This document shows positions 37,164 through 48,242 of a stretch of 61,005 nt of DNA, piece by piece. Both the position numbers and the translations under genes were made by a program. Positions within the stretch are counted from its first letter, which is position 1, and every line of letters begins with the position of its first letter. Under the pieces are notes generated by a model. That model made no database searches and was not told the DNA's origin. It saw only the letters and a list, made by a program, of their open reading frames with translations. This DNA comes from a virus (lineage: Duplodnaviria; Caudoviricetes), in the IMG/VR virus record IMGVR_UViG_3300013286_000627, positions 1-61,005 of that record. One strand, written 5' to 3'.

Positions 37164-40100
37164 ATGACCAATAGATCGCCACTGTCCCAAGTATTACAAC
37201 CTCCTGGTTTAACTACCCCTACACCGGGCGAAACCAAGTTTATTGTAGCAGATTCTTCCGTAGAACAGTACCTTACTGTAGCACAAACTGCGGAATTATT
37301 AGGAACTAAAGGTGATACTGGTAATCAAGGCCCACAGGGCCCTCAAGGTATTCAGGGACCACAAGGCCCTCAAGGCAATCAGGGACCGCAAGGACCACAA
37401 GGGAATCAAGGACCACAAGGACCATCGGGCCCGCAGGGACCACAGGGCAATCAAGGTCCACAGGGCAATCAGGGACCAAGTGGGCCACAAGGTATTAGAG
37501 GCAATCAAGGACCGCAAGGAAATCAAGGACCGCAGGGACCAAGTGGACCAAGTGGGCCAAGCGGACCTAGAGGGAATCAAGGACCAACTGGTCCAGTATC
37601 AACTGATTTGACAAATCTTGTAGGTGGCGCTATAGGTAGCATACCTTATCAAATTGCCCCAAGCACTACAAAATTTATTCCAATTGGTCCACAAGGATAT
37701 CTATTACAAAGTAATGGAACTACTGCAACCTGGGTAAGTACATCTACTATTATTCCAGGGCAAGCTGGAAAAGTATTAATTGAAAATATAACCAATTCGT
37801 CAACTGTACATTATCCCACATTGGCAATCGGGCCTGGAGAATATCTAACTCCAGGCGTTGATAGTCATTTAAGTTATACAGGCGATACTGGAGTTTTATC
37901 AACTCCTAAATTAGTTACAACTAGTACAGTTAATGCAACATCTACCCAAACAGGCGCCGCAGTAGTTGCCGGTGGGCTAGGTGTTGGAAAAGACATTTAT
38001 TTTGGTGGAAATCTTTATCAAAACGGTGTATTGTTTAATCCAGGCGGACCGCAAGGACCTAGCGGACCACAGGGACCTAGTGGACCTCAAGGAAATCAAG
38101 GACCGCAAGGAGTATCTGGGCCAACTGGACCAAGCGGACCAAGCGGACCTAGAGGACCACAAGGATCATCGGGCCCTCAAGGACCACAAGGGAATCAAGG
38201 ACCACAAGGCCCACAAGGGAATCAAGGCGCTTCAATTAATATAAAAGGGCATGTACCATTTTTTAATAATTTGCCCCTAACTGGAAACACAGTTAACGAT
38301 GCATATGTTGTCGACGGTGGCGGAACTGCGGGACATCTTTATGTTTCAAATGGTACCGACGGTGTAGGGCAATGGATTGATGTTGGACAGTTTGTAGGTC
38401 CAAGCGGACCACAAGGACCAAGTGGACCACGCGGTAACCAGGGACCACAAGGACCACAGGGTGTGTCGGGGCCACAAGGACCTAGCGGACCACAGGGCAA
38501 TCAGGGTGATCAGGGAAATGCAAGCACAGTGTCTGGACCACAAGGACCAAGTGGACCGCAAGGACCACAAGGACCACAAGGACCACAGGGTGTGTCGGGG
38601 CCACAAGGACCTAGCGGACCACAGGGCAATCGGGGTGATCAGGGAAATGCAAGCACAGTGTCTGGACCGCAAGGACCAAGCGGACCACAAGGACCGAGCG
38701 GACCGCAAGGACCAACTGGGCCACAGGGACCAACTGGACCAACTGGGCCACAGGGACCTGCAGGTCAATTTATTAAAGTTGTAGGCACAATCACTACCAG
38801 CACAGAGTTAAGTGGTATTTTAGGGCCAGTAATTGGTGATTCTTATGAAGATACTACTAATAACAATATTTGGTATTGGAACGGAACTACCTGGATAAAT
38901 TTAGGACATGTCACAGGGCCAACTGGCCCGCAGGGACCATCGGGCCCACAAGGACCACAAGGTAATCAAGGCCCACAAGGCCCACAAGGCCCACAAGGAA
39001 ATGCCAGTACAGTATCTGGGCCACAAGGACCAACTGGTCCGCAGGGACCAACAGGTCCACAAGGCAATCAAGGACCACAGGGACCAACTAGCGATGTGTC
39101 CGGGCCGCAAGGACCAACTGGGCCACAGGGACCAACTGGACCAACTGGACCACAGGGACCTCAAGGAAATGCTAGTAATGTAGCCGGACCTCAAGGTAAC
39201 AGAGGACCGCAAGGACCACAAGGTAATCCAAGTAATGTTAGCGGGCCACAAGGCCCTCAAGGTAATCAAGGTATTCAGGGACCACAAGGCCCTCAAGGCA
39301 ATCAGGGACCGCAAGGAAATCAAGGACCACAAGGACCACAAGGGAATCAAGGTAATCCAAGTAATGTTAGCGGGCCACAAGGACCAAGTGGACCACAAGG
39401 TATTGGTAATCAAGGCCCACAGGGACCGCAAGGACCAACTGGACCGCAAGGTAATCCAAGTAATGTTAGCGGGCCACAAGGCCCTCAAGGTAATCCAAGT
39501 AATGTGTCTGGTCCACCGGGTAATCAAGGACCGCAGGGACCACAGGGCAATCAAGGTAATCCAAGTAATGTGTCTGGTCCACCGGGTAATCAGGGACCAC
39601 AGGGCAATCAAGGTAATCCAGGATCTGTTTCATTGTCAGATGGATATATAGCATTTGGTACAGGTACCGGACTTACTGGCAGTAGTAAGCTAAGGTGGGA
39701 CGGTGCTAGTCTTATTCTTGACGCATCTATTAGTGGCGAAAAACGTGTTTGGTTTGGAAACGAATCTAGCGGTGCTGCTGTGTATCTAGTAGGAACTGCA
39801 GGCGGTGCATGTTCTTTATATAATGCTAGTAACGGCGGCGGTACTAGTGCTCGATGGACAACCGATTCAACAGGCAACTTTACAGCATTGGGTAACGTTA
39901 CTGCATATTCCGATGAAAGATTAAAAGAGAATATCGAAGTTATTACGGATGCGTTGGGAAAAGTTTGCGCTATTAGGGGTGTAACTTATAATAGAACAGA
40001 TACCGGTATTAGGCAAGTAGGTGTGATTGCGCAAGAAGTCCAAAAAGTATTACCAGAAGCTATATTAACAGCAGACGACGAAATGGGCACTTTATCAGTA

Positions 40101-40187
40101 GCTTACGGAAACATGATAGGTTTGTTAATCGAAGCTATTAAAGAACTAAAAGCAGAAGTCGACGACTTAAAGAAAAAAGTATCATAA
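37164..40187 (+). CDS. Collagen-like tail fibre with C-terminal intramolecular chaperone (peptidase S74)
   Basis: Three GPQ/GNQ/GPS collagen blocks; [10 protein letters not shown]...GVIAQEVQ...coiled coil. Confidence 0.9.
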   Translation: MTNRSPLSQVLQPPGLTTPTPGETKFIVADSSVEQYLTVAQTAELLGTKGDTGNQGPQGPQGIQGPQGPQGNQGPQGPQGNQGPQGPSGPQGPQGNQGPQGNQGPSGPQGIRGNQGPQGNQGPQGPSGPSGPSGPRGNQGPTGPVSTDLTNLVGGAIGSIPYQIAPSTTKFIPIGPQGYLLQSNGTTATWVSTSTIIPGQAGKVLIENITNSSTVHYPTLAIGPGEYLTPGVDSHLSYTGDTGVLSTPKLVTTSTVNATSTQTGAAVVAGGLGVGKDIYFGGNLYQNGVLFNPGGPQGPSGPQGPSGPQGNQGPQGVSGPTGPSGPSGPRGPQGSSGPQGPQGNQGPQGPQGNQGASINIKGHVPFFNNLPLTGNTVNDAYVVDGGGTAGHLYVSNGTDGVGQWIDVGQFVGPSGPQGPSGPRGNQGPQGPQGVSGPQGPSGPQGNQGDQGNASTVSGPQGPSGPQGPQGPQGPQGVSGPQGPSGPQGNRGDQGNASTVSGPQGPSGPQGPSGPQGPTGPQGPTGPTGPQGPAGQFIKVVGTITTSTELSGILGPVIGDSYEDTTNNNIWYWNGTTWINLGHVTGPTGPQGPSGPQGPQGNQGPQGPQGPQGNASTVSGPQGPTGPQGPTGPQGNQGPQGPTSDVSGPQGPTGPQGPTGPTGPQGPQGNASNVAGPQGNRGPQGPQGNPSNVSGPQGPQGNQGIQGPQGPQGNQGPQGNQGPQGPQGNQGNPSNVSGPQGPSGPQGIGNQGPQGPQGPTGPQGNPSNVSGPQGPQGNPSNVSGPPGNQGPQGPQGNQGNPSNVSGPPGNQGPQGNQGNPGSVSLSDGYIAFGTGTGLTGSSKLRWDGASLILDASISGEKRVWFGNESSGAAVYLVGTAGGACSLYNASNGGGTSARWTTDSTGNFTALGNVTAYSDERLKENIEVITDALGKVCAIRGVTYNRTDTGIRQVGVIAQEVQKVLPEAILTADDEMGTLSVAYGNMIGLLIEAIKELKAEVDDLKKKVS
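37310..39620 (+). repeat. Gly-X-Y collagen coding repeats (three blocks)
   Basis: GGACCACAA-type 9-bp repeats. Confidence 0.9.
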
Positions 40188-40202
40188 ACACGGAGTTATA
40201 TA

Positions 40203-41615
40203 GTGTCCAGTACAGCTACAACATATTTGTCAAAAATAAAACAGAACTATCCCCTAAAAGGACAGAATAATGACTCGCAGGGGTTTCGTGATAATTTCCA
40301 TAATATCTACGGAGCAGTTACTGCGGTTAATACACAAGTTGAAGACCTTGACAAGTACACTATTAAAACTAGAGGAACTGGAACGTTCTACGGTAATACT
40401 ATAAAAGATGTTAATTTAGAAAATACATCAAACACACTGTACGAATACGAATTACAAACTGCCGATATTAGCATAGACTATACCTTGGGCAATTATCAAG
40501 TAATGACTGTTACTCCGGGATTGCATAATTTAACTGTATCAAATTGGCCTGGGCTGGGAAAGTCCGGTCGCTTAACATTGGCAATAACTCCGTCAGATAC
40601 GGTATATACTGGTATTAATTTTAATGCAGATGAATTTCGTTCGTTGGAAACAACTGCATCAACTGTAACACTGTATGACTTATTTCCAGGAACTAACTTA
40701 TTTGAATTGTGGAGTGAAGAAGGATTAAATCACCGAGATTCATTATACTATGTTAAACAAGTAGGTCGCACAGCATCAACTGCAACCAATTGGAACAAAA
40801 TAGGAACCAATACCTATAGTACATCAACTCGCGGTGAAAACGTTATATCTGGAAATAATAAGTTTGGCACTATAGGATTATTACATAATTTCAACACTGC
40901 TACAGTTAGTAGTGTTAATCATGTTAGTGCAAACACTACAACAATTACTGTATCTTCTGTTGCAGGAATTGCAGCAGGTGCTAAATTCTATGCTAAAAAT
41001 AAAGATATTAATACTACTTCATCTTACAGTGTTTATACTGTTACCAGCATAACTACTGTATCAAATACAATTTCAACGCAAGGTAGTGCAGATCCGGTCG
41101 GTGGATCAGTACTGTATTTTACAAATCCAAGATTTGATCAACCCGCAGTATTGAATCTAATATCTACTAATCCAAATACTGCAACTTCTTTAGCTAACGA
41201 AATCAAAGGGCAAGTATATGCAGACAGCAGCACCGTATATGTTGTCTATGCTGACGCTGATTTTAGCACAAGCAATGTAGTTAACAAGATTCAGATAAGT
41301 GGAGATCGGTCTGGTAACCCACTATGGTTAGGAACTGCTACCACAGCAACTACCTCATTGCTTGCTGGTTCAACAGCATCTACCGTTGTTGCCACAAATC
41401 AATTTGTATGGAACGTGATAAATGATTCTACTACAACAGTAGCCTACGCATATACAGCAACCTATGTCATGACTGCTACAACGGCAATCACAGCAACCTA
41501 CGCAACAACTGCCACTTCGATGATTCCCGGCGCAAATGGATTTGGAACTAGGACAGTTTCCTATAGCGCACCCTCTGGAGGTATTGATGGCGACATTTGG
41601 TATCAAATCATATAA
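40203..41615 (+). CDS. Putative virion structural protein
   Basis: YPLKGQNNDSQGFRDNF N-terminus; Thr-rich; GDIWYQ C-terminus typical of fibres. Confidence 0.7.
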   Translation: MSSTATTYLSKIKQNYPLKGQNNDSQGFRDNFHNIYGAVTAVNTQVEDLDKYTIKTRGTGTFYGNTIKDVNLENTSNTLYEYELQTADISIDYTLGNYQVMTVTPGLHNLTVSNWPGLGKSGRLTLAITPSDTVYTGINFNADEFRSLETTASTVTLYDLFPGTNLFELWSEEGLNHRDSLYYVKQVGRTASTATNWNKIGTNTYSTSTRGENVISGNNKFGTIGLLHNFNTATVSSVNHVSANTTTITVSSVAGIAAGAKFYAKNKDINTTSSYSVYTVTSITTVSNTISTQGSADPVGGSVLYFTNPRFDQPAVLNLISTNPNTATSLANEIKGQVYADSSTVYVVYADADFSTSNVVNKIQISGDRSGNPLWLGTATTATTSLLAGSTASTVVATNQFVWNVINDSTTTVAYAYTATYVMTATTAITATYATTATSMIPGANGFGTRTVSYSAPSGGIDGDIWYQII

Positions 41616-43231
41616 TGCAAAATTCATATGTTCATAGTGCAGGACAATGGCATTTAGTTAATAATGCATATGCTCATACTGCAGGACAATGGCATTTAGT
41701 TAATAATGCATATGTTCATTATAATGGCAGTTGGCACCTAGCAAAATCAGCAGGGTCGAATCTTGATGAAATATATGACAATCCGGGGGCATACACCTAT
41801 GTTGTTCCAGACGGAGTGTACAATGTGCAAGTTCAATATCCCACTCCTTCGGGAAAACAATCATTAAATCTATACAAGGTTATCCCGGGACAAGAGATCA
41901 AGGTAAATGTCGGTATATATGCTAGTACAAGTTCAATTGTTGTAAACACATCAACATATGTATTACCAGCGTTTGATACACTAGTAGCAACAATAAACAC
42001 AGAAATTCCCAGTCAATTAGATGTAGAATTTTCAGCAGCCACTCCTACAGGAGCAGCAGTTTCAATAAGTTCCACCAATGCTGGTGCAAAGGACATTGCG
42101 GCTGCGTCTGGGGCAATATACAATGTGTTGTATTATTCAACTTATCAAGATCAAACTTATAATGCAACCATAAACCTAACTCCAGTAAAATCTGAATTAA
42201 TAAATTGGCCCAACGCACGAATTGTTCGAACAGCTTGGTCGGGTAGGAACAGGGTATCAACAACAATACCATTAGATTTAAAAACTGGTAATTTTTATAC
42301 AGCTGGATTTACACAAAATGACGATGGCCCAGGTAGTGGGTCAGCGCCTTATAGTTTTGTTTTTAATGTACAGCAAATTTTAAAAATAGTTATTACTCCA
42401 ATTGCACCCGACTTGGCAGTGTCTAGTATGTCAATTCCCACAGTTCTTAATAATGCCATTGCAGGGGTTGTATTCAATACACAGTTTAACGTGATTGGGG
42501 GACAAGCTCCGTTTACATGGACTTCCACTCCTAGCACATACGGCAGCGGAGTTACATTAATTACTTCAGGCGGTTTGTTCAGCTATACTACTTCATCTGC
42601 AGGGACATATTCTTTTAGTGTTAGAGTTACAGATAGCACAGGTGCATATGTTAGTAAATCATATAACTTATCTATCACAGGTGTAAGTGCTCAACCTAGC
42701 ACAACTCCTGTAATTAGCAGTATTACACCGACATCTGGATCGGTAGACGGCGGAACAAGTATAACTATTAATGGAAGTAACTTTACAGGGGCAACCGGTG
42801 CTACATTTGGCGGCGCCGCTGGAACAGGATTTAATGTACTAAGTGATACTGTAATTTCTGTTACAACACCGGCTGGCAGTGCAGGAACCGCAGATGTTAG
42901 AGTATATAACGATATCACATATGGCGACGGTGGAAACATATTTACATATGTGGCGACAGGTCCAACACTAACTATCTTCCCAGGATTTACGGTCAGCCCA
43001 GGCAACTACCCTATACCATTTACTCCAATTATTACATTATCTTCAGGCAGCGGTAATTTAACTTGGCAACTAAGCAACGGAACTTATACATACAGTGGTA
43101 GCCAAAGTATTACTGCTGGTACATCTGTAACACTAAGTATAAATGCACATACAGGAACAAACTATACACTAACTGCAAACGTAGGAAGTATTGTAGCAAC
43201 TCCTGCAACAGGCATGCCGATAGGAAGTTAA
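41615..43231 (+). CDS. Putative tail fibre/adhesin with Ig and IPT/TIG domains
   Basis: AYxH.GQW repeats; ISSITPTSGSVDGGTSITINGSNF IPT motif. Confidence 0.75.
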   Translation: MQNSYVHSAGQWHLVNNAYAHTAGQWHLVNNAYVHYNGSWHLAKSAGSNLDEIYDNPGAYTYVVPDGVYNVQVQYPTPSGKQSLNLYKVIPGQEIKVNVGIYASTSSIVVNTSTYVLPAFDTLVATINTEIPSQLDVEFSAATPTGAAVSISSTNAGAKDIAAASGAIYNVLYYSTYQDQTYNATINLTPVKSELINWPNARIVRTAWSGRNRVSTTIPLDLKTGNFYTAGFTQNDDGPGSGSAPYSFVFNVQQILKIVITPIAPDLAVSSMSIPTVLNNAIAGVVFNTQFNVIGGQAPFTWTSTPSTYGSGVTLITSGGLFSYTTSSAGTYSFSVRVTDSTGAYVSKSYNLSITGVSAQPSTTPVISSITPTSGSVDGGTSITINGSNFTGATGATFGGAAGTGFNVLSDTVISVTTPAGSAGTADVRVYNDITYGDGGNIFTYVATGPTLTIFPGFTVSPGNYPIPFTPIITLSSGSGNLTWQLSNGTYTYSGSQSITAGTSVTLSINAHTGTNYTLTANVGSIVATPATGMPIGS

Positions 43232-43234
43232 TTT

Positions 43235-43477
43235 ATGTATCATCCACTGCTAAACGATCCCAGTAAATTAAAAGATCAAGATTTAGAAAATAAAATTCTA
43301 GACCTTAGTCGCAAATATGGCATTGCTGCCAGAATGGGATCAGGTGGAGTAGCTAATCAAATTATTGTAGCATTGGATATGTATCGTTCGGAACAATCAC
43401 GCAGACAAATGGAACAATCTAGAAATACCATGACGAAACAAAACAAAGGCCTGGACGATTTAATCAATGTTGACTGA
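43235..43477 (+). CDS. Hypothetical protein
   Basis: 80-aa ORF. Confidence 0.7.
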   Translation: MYHPLLNDPSKLKDQDLENKILDLSRKYGIAARMGSGGVANQIIVALDMYRSEQSRRQMEQSRNTMTKQNKGLDDLINVD

Positions 43478-44021
43478 AGTAGAAGAAGTTGTCTGGCCCA
43501 CAGACTTTAGCTGTACGCTAATTACCGATAAATTAATTTTATCAAATCTCTATTCCATTACTATTAGTGTTGAACCAATTGGCAACACTATGGGTAACAT
43601 AGGTTTAGGATTTAGGAAGATGCGCCACTTTGTGGACTACTGCCTAAACAACAGTGTAATAATTAGTGCCGATAATCCAATATTAGATGTATTGGGATCA
43701 ATGGATACCAATATAGTTGTATTGCCATCCGAACCATATGACTACTATGTGGGTGCAATCCTATATTCCAAATTCCTTAAAATAACCGAAAAATATTTTC
43801 ACATAAATCATTTTACCATTGACAGCCTTGTAGGAGATCGTGTACAGTATAGTATATTAGATCCGGAAGAGAGCGGATTAGAACTACAAGGCGATCATTG
43901 GTGGAATATGGATTCAGTAAACACAGGTTCGGGCGAACACACAACCTGGGAAGATCTAAACATCAGCGATGGTCCTCGTTTCGAACCGAGAATTATCAAA
44001 GGTGGATTGAGTGAAAAGTAA
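43467..44021 (+). CDS. Hypothetical protein
   Basis: 184-aa ORF. Confidence 0.75.
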   Translation: MLTEVEEVVWPTDFSCTLITDKLILSNLYSITISVEPIGNTMGNIGLGFRKMRHFVDYCLNNSVIISADNPILDVLGSMDTNIVVLPSEPYDYYVGAILYSKFLKITEKYFHINHFTIDSLVGDRVQYSILDPEESGLELQGDHWWNMDSVNTGSGEHTTWEDLNISDGPRFEPRIIKGGLSEK

Positions 44022-44529
44022 CAGCTACAGTCAAGCAGAGATATCAGAACAAGAAGCGTTTACCGCATTATATACCAACAAGATACAATCTCTAGATGGT
44101 ATATACATAGACAACATCGATGTCATTGATCAATACAATCGAGCAAAACATACAAACGCAGACAGAATTGCCCTATTAGAACAACTAATAGACCCTGCTG
44201 TTTCTTTAAGTGAGTTTGATGCAACTAACCAAGAAAATTGGTTTATGTCAGATGAATATAAAAATATGGACATCGAAGAGTTTTTAGTCGATGCTTGTCC
44301 TAAACAAAACTATGAACGATTAGTTGATGAATTAGTATTGTTCCGCCAACATAATATGATGGACTTATTAAAATACCTTAAATACTTGGTAGACACACTA
44401 CGTGAAAATAAAGTCATGTGGGGTGTAGGTCGTGGAAGTTCAGTTGCAAGTTACTGTCTATATTTGATAGGCGTGCATAAAGTAGACTCTATTAAATACG
44501 ATCTAGACATACATGAATTTTTAAAATAG
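44011..44529 (+). CDS. DNA polymerase III alpha (DnaE)-like fragment
   Basis: GVGRGSSVASYCLYLIGVHKVDSIKYDL matches the DnaE GRGS motif; only 172 aa. Confidence 0.8.
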   Translation: MKSNSYSQAEISEQEAFTALYTNKIQSLDGIYIDNIDVIDQYNRAKHTNADRIALLEQLIDPAVSLSEFDATNQENWFMSDEYKNMDIEEFLVDACPKQNYERLVDELVLFRQHNMMDLLKYLKYLVDTLRENKVMWGVGRGSSVASYCLYLIGVHKVDSIKYDLDIHEFLK

Positions 44530-44538
44530 GAGAATATA

Positions 44539-44853
44539 ATGTCATACAGAACAATGCAAGGCAAAGTAATTGACTTGGAAAAGTTAATGAACCAACATGA
44601 ATTAATGCCAGCGATTGGCAATATGAAAGTTAATGCCAGAGGTGACGAATTAGGACCCGGTGGAAGGATTATTAAGAAGCGCGAAGATATTGTTGCTGCT
44701 TATTATGAAGATAATCCAAATGCTCAAATTAAAGTACAGGCTGCTCCGGTAGTAGAGGATACTCCGGTGGTAGAAGATAAACCAATTGTAGAAGAAAAAA
44801 CTGCACCAGTTGTATCTACCACAACAAAACAATCAAAGAAATTAGAGGAATAA
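44539..44853 (+). CDS. Hypothetical protein
   Basis: AGGAG SD; NARGDELGPGG. Confidence 0.75.
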   Translation: MSYRTMQGKVIDLEKLMNQHELMPAIGNMKVNARGDELGPGGRIIKKREDIVAAYYEDNPNAQIKVQAAPVVEDTPVVEDKPIVEEKTAPVVSTTTKQSKKLEE

Positions 44854-45234
44854 ATGAAACCAATAGAAGGCAATCTACGTCCATTGGACAAAAAAGTTCT
44901 TGTTACTGACATGGAATTTGGTATGGAAACGTCCAAGGGCGGAATTGTTCTACCCTCCGACGATGGCAAAAGTGCAGGCATCCATCCTCGCTGGGCCAAA
45001 GTTTACGCAATTGGTCCAAATCAAAATGAGGTGAAAACAGGCGAATGGGTATTACTTGAACACGGACGATGGAGTCGAGGCATTAACTATCGCACACCAG
45101 AAGGTGATGATATTGTTATTCGACTAGCAGATAACAATGCAATCCTAATGTCTGCTGATGAAAAACCAAGTGGTGCGCAACGCGAGATTGCAGTTGGTGC
45201 CGGTTCAAACTTTAATTTTAATATACCAGGTTGA
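44854..45234 (+). CDS. groES: Co-chaperonin GroES
   Basis: LRPLDKKVLV, TSKGGIVLP, VYAIGP, VKTGEWV. Confidence 0.85.
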   Translation: MKPIEGNLRPLDKKVLVTDMEFGMETSKGGIVLPSDDGKSAGIHPRWAKVYAIGPNQNEVKTGEWVLLEHGRWSRGINYRTPEGDDIVIRLADNNAILMSADEKPSGAQREIAVGAGSNFNFNIPG

Positions 45235-45250
45235 TTATAACTTGGAGAAT

Positions 45251-45275
45251 AAGGGCCTTGACTGGCCCTTTTTTT
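45251..45275 (+). terminator. Rho-independent terminator overlapping a promoter -35
   Basis: AAGGGCC-TTGACT-GGCCCTT + T-tract. Confidence 0.8.
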
Positions 45276-45286
45276 ACGTCTATAAT
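45258..45286 (+). promoter_or_regulatory. sigma70-type promoter
   Basis: TTGACT-N17-TATAAT; ATG 6 nt downstream. Confidence 0.8.
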
Positions 45287-45292
45287 AGTTAC

Positions 45293-45757
45293 ATGATCTT
45301 CAACAAAATAAAACAACTAAAACAAGATGGATTGACTATTGGCATTGTATTCAGCAGTTTTGATCTATTCCACGCAGGGCATGTAGCCATGTTAGCAGAG
45401 GCCAAAAATCATTGTGATTACCTTATTGCCGCACTGCAAACTGATCCAACTATTGATCGGCCTGATAGTAAAAATCCTCCAATCCAAAGTATTGTAGAAC
45501 GACAAATACAGGTCAGCACTAATCGCAATGTGGACGAAGTTGTTGTCTATCAAACAGAAAAAGACCTAGAAGATCTATTGCTAATCCTGCCTGTAGATGT
45601 TAGAATATTAGGTGTAGAATACGCAGACAAAGACTTTACAGGTAAAGACATCTGTAGAGCACGGGGTATCGAAATCGTGTACAACGGTAGAGATCATAGT
45701 TTTAGTTCATCAAGCCTACGAAAACGCGTGGCAGAAGCAGAAAGGAATAAGAAATGA
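45293..45757 (+). CDS. Cytidylyltransferase (TagD-like, HxGH family)
   Basis: FDLFHAGH, RDHSFSSSSLR. Confidence 0.88.
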   Translation: MIFNKIKQLKQDGLTIGIVFSSFDLFHAGHVAMLAEAKNHCDYLIAALQTDPTIDRPDSKNPPIQSIVERQIQVSTNRNVDEVVVYQTEKDLEDLLLILPVDVRILGVEYADKDFTGKDICRARGIEIVYNGRDHSFSSSSLRKRVAEAERNKK

Positions 45758-46107
45758 ATTTGGGTACAGCATATGCAACAGAGTCAGATAGTCGTCAATC
45801 GGTAAAGCCTAAGAAACGTCAAGGTTGGATTAAAAGAATGTTATCACGCAGCAGAGATGTCGAAGCCGACTCTGCTATGAGTAATGTAATCATGAGTTCT
45901 AGAGCAGAGCGCGGAGATCCACAGATTGATCAACCAGAACGTGCTATTCAATTTACTGTGTATAATGCCAACGGTGGCCGAGTTGTCGAAACACGCCGCT
46001 ATGATCGTCAGAAGGATCGTAGCCAAACTGGACTGTATATCATTACCAGTGATCAAGATTTTGGTCACGAGATTGACAAGATTATTACTATGGAAGCACT
46101 ACGATGA
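45754..46107 (+). CDS. Hypothetical protein
   Basis: 117-aa ORF. Confidence 0.7.
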   Translation: MNLGTAYATESDSRQSVKPKKRQGWIKRMLSRSRDVEADSAMSNVIMSSRAERGDPQIDQPERAIQFTVYNANGGRVVETRRYDRQKDRSQTGLYIITSDQDFGHEIDKIITMEALR

Positions 46108-46352
46108 AATGTAATACCTGCAATAAGGAATATACGGCAGAATGTGATTACAACCAAGGAAGGTGTCCGCATCATCCTCCGTTATTAAACATACAGCCAA
46201 AAGATACAAGTAAGGGGCATTTCTATGTCAGCATTGTAAAGAGCGCTGTACGTATTGTAGCAGGCGGTTGTTTGATTACAGGTAACTTGCTAATGGCAGG
46301 TATTTGTTTTATACTTGCTGAAGTGTTGGGAATTGTTGAGGAACTAGTATGA
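46104..46352 (+). CDS. Small membrane protein with N-terminal Cys motif
   Basis: CNTC...CPHH; two TM helices. Confidence 0.65.
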   Translation: MKCNTCNKEYTAECDYNQGRCPHHPPLLNIQPKDTSKGHFYVSIVKSAVRIVAGGCLITGNLLMAGICFILAEVLGIVEELV

Positions 46353-47272
46353 AAGAATTATGGACTGAAAAATACCGTCCGAAAACTATTGAAGATTATG
46401 TCTTCAAAGATGAGGCACAGAAACGACAAGTCAAATCTTGGATTAAAGAAGGCAGCATTCCGCATCTGTTGTTCAGCGGCAGTGCAGGCATCGGTAAGAC
46501 CACACTGGCCAAGGTATTGATTAATGAATTAGGTATTGAAGATTTTGATGTTTTAGAAATTAACGCATCACGTACTAATTCCGTAGACGACGTTAGGGAC
46601 ACAATCACTAGTTTTATTCAAATGATCCCGTTTGGTCCATTTAAGGTTGTGCTGTTAGACGAAGCTGATTATTTGACAATTAATGGACAGGCAGTGCTAC
46701 GGGGTCTAATGGAAACATATTCTGCTCATAGCAGGTTCATCCTAACCTGTAATTATAAAAATAAAATTATTCCGGCAATACATAGTCGTTGCCAAGGTTT
46801 CCATGTTGAGAAAACTGATCAGGTCGAATTTACTGCTCGTGTTGCAACTATTCTACTAACTGAAAATATCGACTTTGATATGGATACGCTCGACACCTAT
46901 GTCAAACTTACATATCCAGATTTACGTAAGTGTATCAATGCTGTGCAACAAAATGTTACTGAAAATAACGGACTTGCTAGCCCAACAGCAGGTAATAGCG
47001 ATTCAGCTGATTACAAGATTGAGATGGTCGAACTGTTCAAACGTGGCAAGATTAGGGAGGCTCGGACCTTACTATGCGGTCGTTCTCGTCCAGAAGAAAT
47101 GGAAGACATCTATACGTGGATGTATCAGAACTTAGATCTGTTTGGAAAGAGTGAAGAACAGAAAGATGCGGCTTTGTTGATTATCAAACAAGGTTTAGTT
47201 GATCATACACTGATTGCAGATCCCGAGATCAACCTTGCTGCTACGCTTGTGAAATTAGCTCGCATACAATAA
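46349..47272 (+). CDS. Clamp loader ATPase subunit (RFC small / T4 gp44-like)
   Basis: WTEKYRP, GSAGIGKTT, DEAD, SRC. Confidence 0.92.
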   Translation: MKELWTEKYRPKTIEDYVFKDEAQKRQVKSWIKEGSIPHLLFSGSAGIGKTTLAKVLINELGIEDFDVLEINASRTNSVDDVRDTITSFIQMIPFGPFKVVLLDEADYLTINGQAVLRGLMETYSAHSRFILTCNYKNKIIPAIHSRCQGFHVEKTDQVEFTARVATILLTENIDFDMDTLDTYVKLTYPDLRKCINAVQQNVTENNGLASPTAGNSDSADYKIEMVELFKRGKIREARTLLCGRSRPEEMEDIYTWMYQNLDLFGKSEEQKDAALLIIKQGLVDHTLIADPEINLAATLVKLARIQ

Positions 47273-47274
47273 TT

Positions 47275-47323
47275 AAAAAACCGCATAGTCGATTGCAGGT
47301 CGGTACTATGCGGTTTCTTTTTT
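47275..47323. terminator. Bidirectional terminator between convergent genes
   Basis: A-tract, AACCGCATAGT/ACTATGCGGTT stem, T-tract. Confidence 0.85.
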
Positions 47324-47339
47324 AAGTTAAGTAGTTGGA

Positions 47340-48095
47340 TTACTCGTCGTCATCTTCCTTATAGATTCTTAAAATTTCTTTGACTACTGGATGACGTTCA
47401 ACGTCTCTAGTTTCAAACCATGCCATAGCAATCATACGATAATCACCCCCTTGTCCGTATAGGTTGCAAAATTCTAGCAGTCCATTCTCTCTAGGACGAT
47501 CAGCTTGATTTAAGTCTCCGGTCACTACCATTCTAGAATTATCTCCCAGTCTAGTCAGCAACATCTTCATTTGTGATGGCGTTGCGTTCTGCATTTCGTC
47601 AGCAATAACAAAAGCATTCTTAAAAGTCCTCCCCCTCATGTAGGCTAATGGGCTGATTTCAATCACTCCATCTTCTAGCATCTCTGCGATTTCTTTTGGA
47701 TGGTAATATTCTTCAAATACATCCATAATGGGTCTTGTCCATGGAGCCATCTTAGCATTAAGATCTCCTGGTAAGAACCCATGGTCTTCATCTACACTAA
47801 CAGCTGGCCTTGTGATAATAATTTTGTTAATCACCCCCTCTTTGTACAGTTTAATGGCCATCTGAACACCAAGCATAGTTTTACCCGTACCGGCTGGTCC
47901 GATGGCAAATACTATAAATTTCTTGGGGTTTTTCAACAGTTCCAAGTAAGTTTCTTGCGCTAAATTGCGCGGAACTATTGTTACCTGTTGTTTTCTCTTT
48001 AGGTATGGCTTGATAGCAATCAAGTTACCTGCATCAGTAGCGAATCGTGGGTCTCGCTGAACCTGATTTTTTTCGTGTCTTCTAGCTCTAGGCAA
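47340..48095 (-). CDS. phoH: PhoH-family ATPase
   Basis: GPAGTGKT, RGRTF, DEMQN, GDLNQAD; TTG start after GGAGG. Confidence 0.92.
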   Translation of the reverse strand: MPRARRHEKNQVQRDPRFATDAGNLIAIKPYLKRKQQVTIVPRNLAQETYLELLKNPKKFIVFAIGPAGTGKTMLGVQMAIKLYKEGVINKIIITRPAVSVDEDHGFLPGDLNAKMAPWTRPIMDVFEEYYHPKEIAEMLEDGVIEISPLAYMRGRTFKNAFVIADEMQNATPSQMKMLLTRLGDNSRMVVTGDLNQADRPRENGLLEFCNLYGQGGDYRMIAMAWFETRDVERHPVVKEILRIYKEDDDE

Positions 48096-48242
48096 TTGTA
48101 CCTCCCTATGAATGAAGATCGACCTGCATAGATATTTACATCCAATATCCAAAACTGGGCTCAAACAGCCCAAAAACGGAACCAGGCAATTACTGCATTT
48201 TAGAAGTTATATCAGTATAAATATATTATAACGGAAACCACC

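Noticed and set aside
37299-39877. Many alternative-frame and antisense ORFs in the collagen gene; possible CRISPR-like repeats
   Set aside because: These are by-products of 9-bp Gly-X-Y coding repeats; there is no constant repeat with unique spacers.
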